NCBI GenBank assembly: GCA_951406725.2
Contig: OX597833.1
Coordinates: 22,506,001-22,570,000 of the forward strand
Direction of reading: 5' to 3'
From: Octopus vulgaris
Taxonomy: Eukaryota
DNA length: 64,000 nt
Positions 39,901-54,265 of this stretch are shown one piece after another. A program made the position numbers and the translations under genes. The number at the start of each line of letters is the position of its first letter. The first letter of the stretch is position 1. The notes under the pieces are model-generated. The model was not told the DNA's origin. It made no database searches and saw only the letters and a list, made by a program, of their open reading frames with translations.

Positions 39901-40840
39901 GATAACTCATCTCAATTATCAGCTCGGTTCTTCCTCAACGCAAATTCACCACCACCCTTTCATTTCTTGCCTATCAGTTGCCAGCATAAATGAAACCGTT
40001 GCCACAATCCATTTCATTTAACTGATTTTCCCCTTAAAGGAAAGCTGTAGCGATACTGAATGGGTCAAACTCTTGCAACAAGAGCAGTATGGCGCTGTTC
40101 ATCTGGGTTTTTCTCCATCAAGCAGCACATCTGTAGGTGTATTCTTTGCTTGTTTATGCTTGTACATTTAACATTTGTTTTTACATTTGTTATTCCCGCT
40201 CAGTTGAACAGCCGTCAGTCGCTGTAAATTGACCAGCTTGTGGGACAGACAATGCTTGGGACATATTTTCTTGTCCTCTCTAAATGAGGCTGTTCGGTCA
40301 CAGGGGATTGCACCCAACCTTTCTAACTGTCAAGATTCAAGAAAACGACTTTTAAATAAACCCCCTTCCACACAATAAGCAGATTTGTAGCTCTTTGTGT
40401 CCAATATTTCAAGTTTGGATACATCATAATGCCTCGATAGGCAAGGAACTTTTCGAGACTAATATGGATAAAACTGGTTATTTCGTTCTATTACTCATAA
40501 AGTACTTTGATGTTGGACACTTCTTGTTACGACAGGCATAATGTGCTGTAGCGTTTCAATTTACCTGTACCTTGTAGAGTTTATAGCAACACGTATCTGT
40601 ACAACACTAAAACCACACTCTATTAGTTGTCATGTTCCAGTGACAAGTGAAGATTATTGGTAATTTGTTTTACACCTGAACAGAATACATACATACATAC
40701 ATACATACATACATACATACATACATACATACATACATACATACATCTACTTTTGGCACAGTTACGACGACGAGTGTTCCAGTGAGCACCGGCCACACTT
40801 CCATTATTTTAGATTTCACTGACCAGGGTAGCTCACATAA

Positions 40841-41480
40841 ATATTGGTTTTGAATTTTGGCACAAGGCTAGCAGTTTTGGGACACTTGGGAAATTCGATT
40901 ATATCGACCCCAGTGCTCAACTAGTACTTATTTTATCGACCCCAAAAGGATGAAAGGCAAAGTCGACCTCGGCAGCATTTAAACCCAGAATGTAAAGACA
41001 GACGAAATGCCGCTAAGCATTTTGTCCGGTGTGCTTATAGTTCTCGCTGCTTTATCTCTTACATGAATATTCCTTTTCTACTCTAGGCACAAGGCCTGAA
41101 ATTTTTGGGGAGGGAGGCCAGTCAATGAGATCGACCCCAGTACGCAACTACTAAGTTATGGTACTTAATTTATCGACCCCGAAAGGATGAAAGGCAAAGT
41201 CGACCTCGGCGGAATTTGAACCCAGAACGTAAAGACAGGCGAAATACCTATTTCTTTACTAGCCACAAGGGGCTAAACACAGAGAGGACAAACAAGGACA
41301 GACAAACGGATTAAGTCGATTATATCGACCCCAGTGCGTAACTGGTACTTAATTTATCGACCCTGAAAGGATGAACGGCAAAGTCGACCTCGGCGGAATT
41401 TGAACTCAGAACGTAACGGCAGACAAAATACGGCTACGCATTTCGCTCGGCGTGCTAACGTTTCCGCCAGCTCACCGCCT
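40841..41480 (-). mobile_element. Stack of family C SINEs (older monomer plus dimer)
   Basis: Core gccgaggtcgactttgcctttcatcctttcggggtcgat present three times; TSD tcttacatga(a/c)tattcc at 41057-41073 and 41481-41497. Confidence 0.88.
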
Positions 41481-42633
41481 TCTTACATGACTATTCCGAC
41501 GAGACCTCGTTGCTCATCACTTCTAAAGTATTCTTAAAGTGCAGTCGTTCACTGTCTCACACACCCGTGCTTTGTTGTTAGAGTCGTTGATCTTATACTG
41601 GGTTCCTTTGCTCTTTGACAGATCTTGTATTTCTTCTAATGGATTTCTAGCAACCCTTCTCACTATGCATTCCTAAGGGATGAGTCAGTTTAGTCACCGA
41701 CAACCCGATTATGAATACAACTTATGTTGGATTGCATGTTACCAGTAGCATTAATTTGTGACCTGACATACATGCACACATACACATACATTTATATGAG
41801 TAGGCATTTATACTCGTTCGTGTACACATACAAAGGACAGTTAACAAAGAGCAGTGAAACGACCTTATCATCAGAAAAGGTGGTAGTGATGGGGATGAGC
41901 GACCAGCGGAGGGTGGTGGAAGAAAACCACATGGTCTTGTTTGTCTAAGACGTATTTAACTGAGAACGTGACTGCTACAACTGCTTTTTATGTTTTTATA
42001 CACACACACGCGGCGCGGGGACACACACTCACACACACAAACATACACACACGTACAAGCACACGCATATTTATCATGTATATTATATATATTATACAAA
42101 AAATACACATTTTTATATGTACATTAGGCGCAGGCGCGTCTGTGAGATAAGAAGTGAGCTTCCGAGTTACACAGTTCCGGGGTTCAGTCGCACTGCGTAA
42201 CATCTGGAGCTAGTGTCTTCTCCTATAGTCCCAGGTCGACTAAAGCCGCGCGAGGGGATTTGGTATTCGGAAACTGAAAGAATTTCGTCTTATGTATGTA
42301 TGTATGTATGTATGTATGTATGTATGTATGTATGTATGTATGTATGTATGCATAAATATGTGTGTGCGTGTGCGTGTGCATGTGTGTGAATGTGTGTGTG
42401 TGTGTGAGCATGCGTGTAACTTTATATGTATTGTTGTCTCCTAGTCTTCACATTTCGTGATTGTTGTAAACGAGTGTCATTGGAATGCAAGAGGCGTTCT
42501 TGGTTTGTAATATTCTTCTATGGAGAAATATCTTCGTTGGAAACAGGTGTGGTTTGGCAACAAATTCTGTCCGACCCATGTGAGCATCGTAAAACTTATG
42601 TTAAAATGATGATAATGAAATGATGATTAAGTG

Positions 42634-42716
<83 letters not shown>

Positions 42717-42739
42717 ACATACATACATACATACATACA

Positions 42740-42773
<34 letters not shown>

Positions 42774-43048
42774 ATCAAAATAAGCAACAAGAATAACTTC
42801 GGTAATTTGGTACGATCGTTTCACGCTACATCATTTTATTAAATATGGTAAGTATTACAACATTTTAAAAATGTTGAGCAATCATCAGCCATTTATAGAG
42901 GTTTTCCATTAATACATAATTTTCATATCAATTGATAACATTATAGAGAAGGTAGATATATGCCGTACATACATACATACATACATACATACATACATAC
43001 ACACACATACAGACACACACACACATATATATATACACATATATATAT

Positions 43049-43139
<91 letters not shown>

Positions 43140-43140
43140 A

Positions 43141-43195
<55 letters not shown>

Positions 43196-43326
43196 ATTAG
43201 ATTATGTTCACTGCATTTAAATATTTGAAAAGTCTCCTCTTTCAACACTTTTGTGTCTCATCAGCCAAGTGTAATCGGGTAATGCTTAAGCGCGCGCGTA
43301 TGTGTGTGTGTTTGTGTGTGAGTGTG

Positions 43327-43361
<35 letters not shown>

Positions 43362-43822
43362 GTGGGTGTGTTTGCGCGCGCGCACGTGTGTATCTATATC
43401 AAATACGGTAATCAAAATATTTTTGACAGTTGTTTTGAACTCGTTTCGATCACATGTGAATCGCAATTCTATCATCCGTGCAGATCCCATTCCAACCAAT
43501 CAGAACTTGATAATAACTAAAACCTTCTATCAACGAAGGCCTTAGATACAGGGGCTTTCAGCGCGAAGAAGCAGAGGGAATTAGGAGTCCATTGCTTATG
43601 GATCTGGGTAACTCCTTCTCTTTCATAGCTGTTTCCACAGCTTCATACTCAAACCAGAGTGATTCGCCTTATAGCTGAATGTATATACACTGTTAGCAGT
43701 TATGATGCTGTGGAATTGCCTGAAATAAATTTTTTTCATAAACTTCTTGTGTTCAAATACCGAGTTTTTCTGAAGCTCAACTCGCTTCTGCGATTCCAGT
43801 AAATGGTTGATTCACTGTTTGT

Positions 43823-43878
<56 letters not shown>

Positions 43879-43953
43879 AACACACACACACACACACATA
43901 TATATATAAATATATATAAATATAAATATATATACATATATACATGCATATAT

Positions 43954-44008
<55 letters not shown>

Positions 44009-44402
44009 GAGGGACGAATTTCGTTTACGCAGGCGACAATCGAATGTATGGCAGTGACAAGTTTCAAGAAAGGCGAAACGTGTCTGTCGTTTCTCATATG
44101 AGTCACTGCAGCGACGATGTTTGACTCTCCCCAATACATACGTATAAAGCAATGAATTGTTGTATTCAAAGCAATGCTTAGTAACTTACGAAACCGGTAT
44201 ACTTGATTCTTTAACAATTTACAATAATGACTTTTATTACTTTTATTCCTACTTCAGTTCATCTAATTGTATATATCTTTCGTTACTTTTCATAAAAAGC
44301 CTTCACTTTTTTTTATTTCCAATGTGCATTTTCGTTTATTTTTCTTACTTTCCCCTAACATTACCACGTGTAGTTTCTATTTACTTTTTGTAACATATTT
44401 TT

Positions 44403-44452
<50 letters not shown>

Positions 44453-44695
44453 CAATAGCAATTAAGGGTAAAACTAATTAATTACGAAGTAATCAATAAA
44501 TTTCACCAAGTAGAATTCGGTATGAAAACAGGACCGTTATACGGTAAATTCTAGTAAAACTAATATTGAGGGGTCAGCAAAAGAAATGCCTCTGGTAGAC
44601 CCTATTTTAAGTAGAAGGAATGGCTTAGATTTTGGCTGCTATTTCTGAACTTCGGTATGAGGTGATGCATTTCTTTTGCTGACCCCTCAATATTA

Positions 44696-44741
<46 letters not shown>

Positions 44742-45015
44742 ATCTTTTATCTTTTATTGATGCGTGGTACACCGTGCACCTGTACAGGTAATGTCGAATT
44801 GATGGGGAGGGGAGAGAGAGAGAGAGAGCCTGTGCGTGTACGTGTGTGGATACCTCGTTGATCTCATCTGTCACGGAGAGCCTGCAAAGTCCAGGACCCA
44901 ACCATTCCATTCTTTCCTATACAACATCAAAGATATATATATATATAAAAGAAAGAGAAGACTTTAGTGGAAAGAAATAACAACAAAAAATGGAAGAAAC
45001 GAACAGGTGACTTAC

Positions 45016-45558
45016 TTGATGCAAGAGTAAATGCCGTTAACAAGGCCACGAATACTTTATTCTTGAGGAGAGCGAAGTTGAAGACATGGCGCAATATGTT
45101 ACCCTGGCAGCACTGGCTTCCTTCATTAAATGTGGACATGGCATCGTTGAACTGAAGTTTCTGGTTGCCGGATTTTTGACTTAAATCTGAATAGCGTCTG
45201 TGGTCTAAAGTATCTTGTCTCAAAGTGGTAACGCTGCCACTGTAATAGATGTCTTGTTTAATCAACGGATTGAAATGTGTCGTCGAAAGCCGCCGACGTG
45301 GTCCCGTTTGTTTAAGTTCCACTGATGTATTGATATCATGTAGGCTCCTAATTTGAGATTTGTTAACGTCCATCACACTCAAACTGCTAGGTGTCAACCA
45401 ACCAGAAATCCCGTGGCTCAGTTGATGGCAACTATGTGTATAACTAGATTTTATGTTGCTCACTGGCAAGTTGACAATTTTTATTTTAAAGTCAAGCAAA
45501 TTGTTTTTTGTCGGCTCTTCCGCATCACTCATTACAGAATCGGAATCCTCGTCGTGGT
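45016..45558 (-). CDS. SLC16/MCT transporter coding exon 4: large cytoplasmic loop and start of TM7 (...KQDIYYSGSV...FNFALLKNKVF...)
   Basis: Open frame matching ORF 44927-45532; acceptor ttttcaccttcatcAG, donor GTAAGT; 543 nt, phase 1-1; DIYYSGS and FxLLKNxxF loop motifs. Confidence 0.92.
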
Positions 45559-45816
45559 CTGATGAAGGTGAAAAAAAAAAAGATTTAATTAGTTTATATA
45601 AATAAATAGATAACTAAATTGTGGGTAATATTAACATTTGGCTAAATTTTAATTTTAACAATTAAACAAGCAATAATTTACTCATTGTCTTTCATTCGTA
45701 TTGCTTCTCTGAATTATTCTAAGCATTTCTACTTTCCTATGTCAATAAATGTACAGTTGTATACATTTACTTAGGGTTTCTTTGATCATTACTTCGGTAA
45801 GTATTGTGAAAAATAT

Positions 45817-45860
45817 ACTTCGCCGATGAGATCAGAATAAGATCGAAACATATCCTGAGT
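45817..45860 (+). ncRNA. Minimal hammerhead-like fold (U4C), Penelope-type
   Basis: CCGAUGA-GAUC(AGAAUAA)GAUC-GAAA-CAUA-UC; weak helix I. Confidence 0.4.
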
Positions 45861-46583
45861 TATCTCCCTTATTCTAAAAAGGGAAATAATATTAGTAATT
45901 AATTAATATAAATTGCTTTCATCGTATATTTCTTTCTAGTTAGCTTTTTATTGCTCGATATATTAAATATATATCACTAGCTTAGTTGTAATTTTCATTG
46001 TTTTCATGCCCATTTTCCCTTCCAAGGTTTATGGAAAAAACCAGAGATTCTGTTTAATTCAGCTCTCAGGCTTGCTTAGTATACTGGAGGACTATTTAAA
46101 CAATATATTGTTTTGAACGGAGGTATTTAGTTGGTTACGACGACGAGTGTTCTAACTGATTCGATCAATGGAACAGACTGCTCGTGAAATTAACGTGCAA
46201 GTGGCTGAGCACTCCACAGACACGCGCACCCTTAATATAGTTCCCAGGAAGATTCAGCATGATACGAATGTGACAACGCTGACCCATTAAAATACAAGTA
46301 CTACTCATTTTTGCCAGCGGACTGGACTGGACTGGAGCAAGTGAAATAAAGCGACATAACACACCATCGGAAATCGAACTCACGACCTTACGATCTTGAG
46401 CCGGATACACTTACCACTAAGTCATGCAACTCCACACTTTGTTTTGAATAATGTAAGAACTAACGAAACAAGGATCAAGCATCATCCGTCATGTAACATA
46501 TTTCAAAAGTCTAAAATTATTCTCTACATTTAATATTTAATTAAACATTTTTTATAAATACATAATTAGACTTTCCTACTCAC

Positions 46584-46874
46584 CATCTCCATTTGTGTAT
46601 TCTGTCCGGAGAGATGACAAATCAGATCTCGATGACCAGCAAAGAGGTCTAAAAACAGACCCACACACAAGACAATTCAGCGCACAACCACCAAGGATGA
46701 GCACCGTACCTTTCCAACCATACATAGACAATAGCCATTCGGATAAGTATGGATAGACAAAGGTACCTAATCCAGCACCGCTTGATGCTAAACCTGTCGC
46801 CAATGCTCGTTTCTTCTCGAAGTATAGACTCAAACATATATTCGATGTAATGAATACCATTCCAAAACCAATCC
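46584..46874 (-). CDS. SLC16/MCT transporter coding exon 3 (GIGFGMVF...YFEKKRALATGLASSGAGLG...YGWKG...FRPL)
   Basis: MCT signature YFxK(K/R)RxLAxG; acceptor ttttcttgtAG, donor GTGAGT; 291 nt, phase 1-1. Confidence 0.96.
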
Positions 46875-48837
46875 CTACAAGAAAAAACAAGTCAGAAAAA
46901 GCATGAATTTTTTTTTAGGTTTTACATTCAAAGTATTGCTAAGCAATGTATATCAGTTATCCTAATGGCGATGTTACATATAAATTATTACAAAATCTAT
47001 AATCTGAAGTATAGGTGTACTCTTCGTGTACATGGAACTCGTTCCCTCTTGATTAGTTTCTGGTCCTCGACAAAGGTGTAGTGTGACTCACATTGGAGGA
47101 TTACTCACATTTCAAGGATGGGACTCAAACGTCCTAAACTACAACTGATAAACAAATAAATAAATAGATCTCTGTAGAGAGAGAAAGACATTGGTTAGGA
47201 TAGGAGCTACTCTCATCAACTTACACATTGTGGCTTCATCGCAGTTGCCCATGATAAGCATTGAATAACTTACTATTTTGCTTTTTCTCTCAAGAAGAAA
47301 TCGCCAAAGAATTGAACTAACTTCATAGCGTACAACAGCCCAGCACTTTGTTTTTGTATAGTGCTGAAAATAAAAGCAACATTCACGTATGCAACCAACA
47401 AAAAAAAAAAAAAAAAAAAAAAACACCCCACACCACCGAGAATACTTTACATAAAAAACGCCTCGTGAAAATACAGAAAACATTATAAAACGTATTAGAC
47501 AGAAGACACACTTCACGCAAAAAGACAACGAGTGGATCAGCAGAAAATTTGGCTCTGAATCCGTAAAAAGTCTCATCCAGTCATACATACGAAATAAAGA
47601 ACTGGGAGGCTCTATAAAAAGTAAGATTTAGAATCTACACATCCAATCCAATTTTTTCTAAAACACGATATCCAATAGAGGAAGTTGCCACCTCCACATA
47701 TTCACTGAGAAAATTAAGAAATTGTATGAAACGAAAACAGATATTTCTAACTCTTCTTGAATAATATATGTTAGGGTTAAGATTTTAGGGTTAGGGTTAG
47801 GGTTTTATGGTTAGGGTTGTCATAAATAACATTGAAATATATACCGCCGGAATTTCTTGTTGACAAACAGCTGCAGTAATTTTATTGAGCTGAATACACG
47901 TCATTGATTGGTTGAAATTACCGAAATACTACAACTTTAACGTGAAATAACTTCCTAAATATAAGCTTTTCTCAAAAACGCTAAGAGTAAAAAATGTTTT
48001 ATGACACATTCTACCAGTGTCCGAAGTTTCAAAGTGTTTAGTTACAAAAAAATTATTTTTTAAATCTGTCGGTCAAAAGGTAAAGATCCAGTGTACGGCA
48101 CAACAGCAGTCGAAGGGATTGCCGAACAACGCGAGAAGAAGTGTTTTTTTCTCAAGAACACTACGCACTACCCAGTACAGGAATTGAAACCACGGCTTTA
48201 CGTTCATGAGTGTAACACCCTTACCACTAAGCCAAGCACCCTCATCATAAAATAATCACTAAATATAGAAATGCTCGTTAAATCGTTTATTTATCTACTT
48301 TCATTCATTTATTTATCGCAGACTTAACTGTTTATTATTAAAATTTCACACTTTAAACTTTGACTCACTAACCCATTTTCAGTAAATTTGCATTATGCAG
48401 TTATTCTCAGTTTAACAGTCTAATCTTTCCCAATTGGATAATGATGATGATAGCTTACAACTCCACGATAGGTGTCACTTTTTCGTCACCGTCGAAACTC
48501 TTCTTTGTTTATTTATTTCTTTTCTTCTTCCTCTTTTCCTTCCATCCATCCATCTTTCTTTCTTTCTTTTTTCGTTTCACCTTTCCTTCCTTCCTTCCTT
48601 CCTTCCTTCCTTCCTCTATAGACGCAAAGCAATCCTTATACATCCATAATATTCTCACTCCCTTTTCTCATCCTGCCTTCTTCACTTCCGCTACTTCGGC
48701 GTTCAATAACTGCACCTCTACTCTCTATTGCAACTCTACATTATTCTCCTCTCAACACAAATCAAAAACCTTCCCCCATTCTAATGCTCTTAGAGGAATC
48801 CCAACGTGAAAGAAACACGACTAGTCTTGTAACTCAT

Positions 48838-49011
<174 letters not shown>

Positions 49012-49299
49012 GCCACTGCCAATAAACATGCGTACTGGTTGCAGTTATACTTTTAACTAATCATTCATAAAATTTTCATTACACTACAGTGACCTTTCCA
49101 GTGATTTCAAATGTTGTGACTGATTTACCGAGTATGTTATATTATCAAGTATCATCTATGGGTTGTCAAGCATGTTAATGTATTGTGTTTTCCCTTTTGT
49201 TTTCATTACCTATCTTTATCTTTTTGTTCTCTATTTACTTTTTTTTGTTCTTGTGTGTGTGTGTGTGTGTGCAGGTGAGTTTGTAGGTTGAGTGCGCGT

Positions 49300-49850
49300 A
49301 AGTTTCTATGCTGTTTGTGAAGTGTGTGTGAATGGTGGCTGACTTTGGTTGATGTAAATTTTATCGGATTCTCATTTTTAAAACATAGTAGTGTTGATGG
49401 ATGTAGTATTGTTGTTATTGCATTCATTGTTTTCATTGAAGGTGTATAGGAAGTCAGAGTCAATTCCAATAAGTATACTGCATCTGCAACATGTCGTAGC
49501 GTTGGATCTACGTAGTAGGAAGGTCTTTTTTAATTTTCGCGTTGGTTACTGATCCGTTGTATTTCGGCATATTGATAGATTACGAATGTCTGTATCCTAC
49601 AATAGTATTCTCGCTTGCGTTCTCGGATCCTTTCACTTATACTGTAGTCCGATTTCCCCACATTTGTTGAAGTAGTGTCCCTATACTCTTCTTTGCATCT
49701 TGTGGGCGTACAATAAATAAATTTTTTGCAGTTTATTAGCGTGTAGGTTGTGTACATTCTACAACTATTGCCAGTGTAGGTCTTTTTAAAAAATAGATAT
49801 GACTTACGTAATTTTAATTGCGGGATCTGCCTATTATTTGATGTCAAGTT
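49300..49850 (-). mobile_element. Decayed Penelope-like GIY-YIG endonuclease remnant
   Basis: Cys-rich TYTLINCKKFIY and VGKSDYSISERIRE resembling the YVGxTxxxxxxRxxEH motif; heavily disrupted. Confidence 0.45.
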
Positions 49851-49899
49851 TCACTTCGTGTAGTTCTTTCCTCATCTGCCGTTTTCGAAAAAAGAAAAA

Positions 49900-50469
49900 A
49901 TGCTTTTCTGATGGGTCGAAGTTTTCCTTGAGCTTCATCGATGCTGGTGTCAAGGTCAACAGTGAAGTTTATGTGGAAATGTTGGATGAGAAAGTGTTAC
50001 CCTGAGACACAGAAACTTTTGGTGACCGTTACATCTTCACTCAAGACGGTGGTCTGGCCCACATATCCAATTTGACACAGAGGTGGTGCAAAGAGCATTC
50101 CAGCAGTTTTCGGGACAAGACGATATGGCCTCCTCCAAGTCCACACATCAATCCCATGGACTTTGCTATCTGGTCCATCTTAGAGTGGAATGTTTCTGCT
50201 CGCTCCTATTCAAATGTATCAGATCTGAAGAAGGCCCTTCTGTCTTCATGGGTCAAATTGGATGAAGAGGTGGTACAATGCTCATGCAACTCAGTGACCA
50301 TTCGTTTGCAGGTTATGATCAAGGCGAAAGGTGGTCATTTTGAAATGTAATTACTGCAATGGTTTGACCATTTACATTAAAATGTGTGTGCCAAATTTCA
50401 TTATCTTACCTTAAGTTTATTTTGAATAATTAAGAAATATCAATGGGTAAATCTTTCTGGGACACCCTG
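49900..50469 (+). mobile_element. 3' part of a maT (DD37D) Tc1/mariner transposon
   Basis: TQDG...WPPPSPHINPMDF with 37 residues between the 2nd and 3rd Asp; KGGHFEM* end; right TIR ...ctgggacaccctg|TA. Confidence 0.88.
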
Positions 50470-50523
50470 TATGTATGTATGTATGTATGTATGTATGTAT
50501 GTATGTATGTATGTATGTATGTA

Positions 50524-50614
<91 letters not shown>

Positions 50615-52290
50615 ATGCGTGCACATTATAAAAGATTTTGTATATGCTCATGTGTTTACTACCCTGTGTGTATGTTTTAAGGGATCGGAATTCACTAATT
50701 ACATTTTCTGAACACATCTTAAAATATTCGTGCCAGTATTTTTTTCGCGATGGTAACTACTAGAAAAGCATTTTTTTAAAAAACGGCAGTGTTTTTACCA
50801 CATCAGGGAAGGTTTTGTATTTCAGATTGCTTATGTAGGTCATAAAATAGTATCATTTAGACATATTTTCGCAGTAGTATAGTTGAAACATATTTTTGCA
50901 GTATCCCACGCAATAATTCCTTTTAAAATCCCAATAAAATTCGGTGAAACGTATGTTTATATTAGATTGATAACAAAATGAAATAGAAAACTTAACATTA
51001 TATTTTTTTTCTAATTCTTTAATTCGCTTCAGTCGTTAGATTGCGGCCATACTGGGAGTCCGTCCCGAAGGGTTTAGTGGAATAAATCTTCCCCAGTATT
51101 CATTCATTCTTTGTTTCGTACTAATTATTCTCTCGGTAACCTTTTGCCGAACCTCTAAGTTACGGGGAAATAAACAAATCAATACCGGTTGTCAGTCTGT
51201 ATAGGAACAAATTCAAAGATACGCACCACACACACACGCGTTTTCCTATAGCCCCGGGCATTGATCGGCCCGGGGCTACAGGAAAAGATGCTTGCCCAAT
51301 GCACTGCACAGCGGACTGAACCTGAAACAAACTGGTTGCAAAGCGAACTTCTGAACCATCCAACAATGCCTACGCCAAATGGTTGGTTATAAATGATTCT
51401 TCAAAAGTTTTAACATGTATGAGTTAAAAATTGTACTGAACAACAAAAGGAACAAATTAAAGTATATAGAACCAAAGAAAAGTGCAAGTTAGTTGTTTTC
51501 GTGTATTTGGTTTCTTGAAGGAACATTCTGCGAATTTTACTAGAAATATTACCAACACAACGTTGAATAATGTTGAATAACAGTTTTTATTTTTAGGACT
51601 TTTTTATAAAGAGTATGCTATCGCACAAAAAAACGCAGTGCTTTTAGTTTATATAAGATTTTAAGATAAAACCAAGTCCTAATCGTGTCGTATTTCAAAC
51701 ATGTTTACCAGTATAGTTTAGACATATTTTCGCAGTATCCCACGCAATAAGTCCTTATGAACACCGAGTTAATGGCTTCTACTCGGCAAAAGCCAAGAAG
51801 ATAAAATAAACTGAAGTAATGCTAAGTGAAGTTAAAATAAGTCAACGGAAACACAAACATGTGACTACTGAAATGTTGTAGGTCATCCAACGAGAAAAAA
51901 GCAAACAAAAACAAGCAAAAATAATCGAACACAAAATAAGAAACAAAAACAAAAGAAACACAAAACAAAGGAACGCAAAACAAGGGACAGAAGCAATCAA
52001 TGACTCCTCATAATATTTTAGCTTTGCGTATATTCCCCGTCCTCCATTTACGGGGATATTCATTTGAAAGAAATATTCACAATTGTCTTGTAATACGTAA
52101 GGTGGTACATCTTTATACGTTGCCCAATTTAACTCTACCGCTTCGGCCTTGAATACTTTCAACAATGCCCCCACAGCCCCAAGAATTTGGATGAAGGGTT
52201 CCTATCTAAAGATAATTCGATATCCTGATGCATGGCTTCCCGCTGTACTATCATTGTATAACGTCATTGTTTATTGGCGAGGACAGATGG

Positions 52291-52560
52291 CAGTGGTTCT
52301 CAACTGGGCTCTTGGGCCCCTGGGGGTCCATACAAAATTTTGTTGTTAAAATTTTTATGGGCAATAAAATTGGTTATACTTTTACTATGAACAAAATATT
52401 TCAACAATTTTTAAAATACAATTCCTGATAATATTCAGTAATAAAAGTGTACGATTTTATTTAAACATTGAATGGCTATGGGGGTCCAGTAGAGTAAAAT
52501 AGGAATCAGGTGGTGGTGGTGGTGGGGGGTCCATAGGCAAAAAATGGTTGAGGACCACTG
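52291..52560. mobile_element. hAT (Charlie-like) MITE
   Basis: TIRs CAGTGGTTCTCAAC / GTTGAGGACCACTG; right flank ctctagag; GGGGTCC subterminal motifs. Confidence 0.8.
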
Positions 52561-53814
52561 CTCTAGAGTATGTCTTTCGACAGGTAAGTCAGCGGACTGG
52601 CTTCATGAATAATGTCTGGGGAGGCTGCTCTCTGCCAGTAGACACATCTGCGGTCATTGATTTTCAGCCAGGCTACTTTCAAGGACTAAAGTAGTAGTTT
52701 GTAACAACCAATCGGAATTAGAGTTCTATATTTAAGAGATGAGGAATTATGTACATTATTTACATTATTTACATTCGACGGATATTTGTCCTCAACAAAC
52801 AAGATGAGGACAAATATCCGTCGAATGTAAATAATCTAAATAATGTACAATCGGAATTAGTTTCACCTTCTCTTCTTCACCAGTCTCGGAGGTCGGCCAG
52901 GTCATGGGTGTTGCACATTCTCTTTAAGTATTAGCAGAAAAAAAAAAGAAAAAAAAGTTGGCTTCGTAATCCAGTTTAAATTTTCAGTTTCAAAACAGTG
53001 TTTACTTTGCTAATGTACCAGAGAAATGTACAAATTACACAACTTTTCGTGCCCCAAAACACCGAAAATGTGATATTTCATACCACTGCAAGAAGCTAAT
53101 ATAATTGCAAATTTTTTTGTAATATTGGTTTCAGATTTTGGCACAAGGCCAGCAACTTCGGGGGAGAGGTTAAATCGATTATATCGACCGCAGTGTTTAA
53201 TAAGTACTTAACGACCCCAAACAGATGAAAAGCAAAGTCAGCCTCGGTAGAATTTGAACACAAAACGTAAAAACGGAAGAAATGCCGCCAAGTATTTTGT
53301 CGCTATGTTAATACTGCTGCCAGCGCGCCCTTTTTTTCTCTTTTTGTAATGTTGTCTTACAGAACAAAATTTGATGTGAGTTTATGTTGAGGTTTTTTTT
53401 ATGCGATCGGAGTGATAGACAATCTGAAGTGTAACGCGATCAATCTTTCTATTTGTTTTTAGAGTTTTGTAATATTGCATCTTAATGGGAAATCACCAGC
53501 AGAAAAGACAGGACCAATTACAGGAGTTTAAAATAAGCTTCAAACAAATATAATTGAAAGACGAACATTTTTTGTGCAGTTGGTGTGAGTTTAGTAACGA
53601 TGAGCATTCAGTCAACAGCTTAATGCACATGGTTTGGTTGAATTGAAATTAGTGTGTAAGCTGCTGTGTATTTCCAGTGACACATGTATTATAAGGGGCC
53701 AGTTTGAAAGACTTAGTAAGACAGACCTGTGCGGAGAGTCGTATGTATGTATGTATGTATGTATGTATGTATGTATGTATGTATGTATGTATGTATGTAT
53801 GTATGTATGTATGT

Positions 53815-53856
<42 letters not shown>

Positions 53857-53908
53857 GTGTGTATACACACACATCGCACGCGCACACACGTATACTCGCA
53901 CACACAGA

Positions 53909-53951
<43 letters not shown>

Positions 53952-54265
53952 GGTATGTAGGTAGACAGATAGATAGATAAGGAGAACGACCCACAGAGAA
54001 AGATAGATAGATAGGCAGACATGTATGCGTGTATCTTTCATCGGTACTCTTCGAACGATATCTTTTGCAATTATTGTTCTGCACCGCGTTTCAGACACTC
54101 CCTTTTGACTCTCGCTGTTATAAATGCAGTAATCCAGTAATTTGCTCATTGCCAATCTGTAACCAACAATATATATATATATATATTCTCCCGCCAACTG
54201 CAATATAACATATATATACATATATATATAAATAAATAAATAAATGAATAAAATATTTATCTTAC

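Noticed and set aside
40565-40675. Cryptic MCT exon after a ttctgttcAG acceptor in intron 4
   Set aside because: The phase-1 frame hits a stop, and exon 4 joins exon 5 without missing TM7 sequence
47771-47818. Interstitial telomere (TTAGGG)n
   Set aside because: Only a few degenerate units, embedded in what appears to be a dispersed repeat; no evidence of a fusion site
53649-54265. Extension of the 247-aa ORF beyond MCT exon 2
   Set aside because: Read-through past the GTAAG donor into intronic microsatellites
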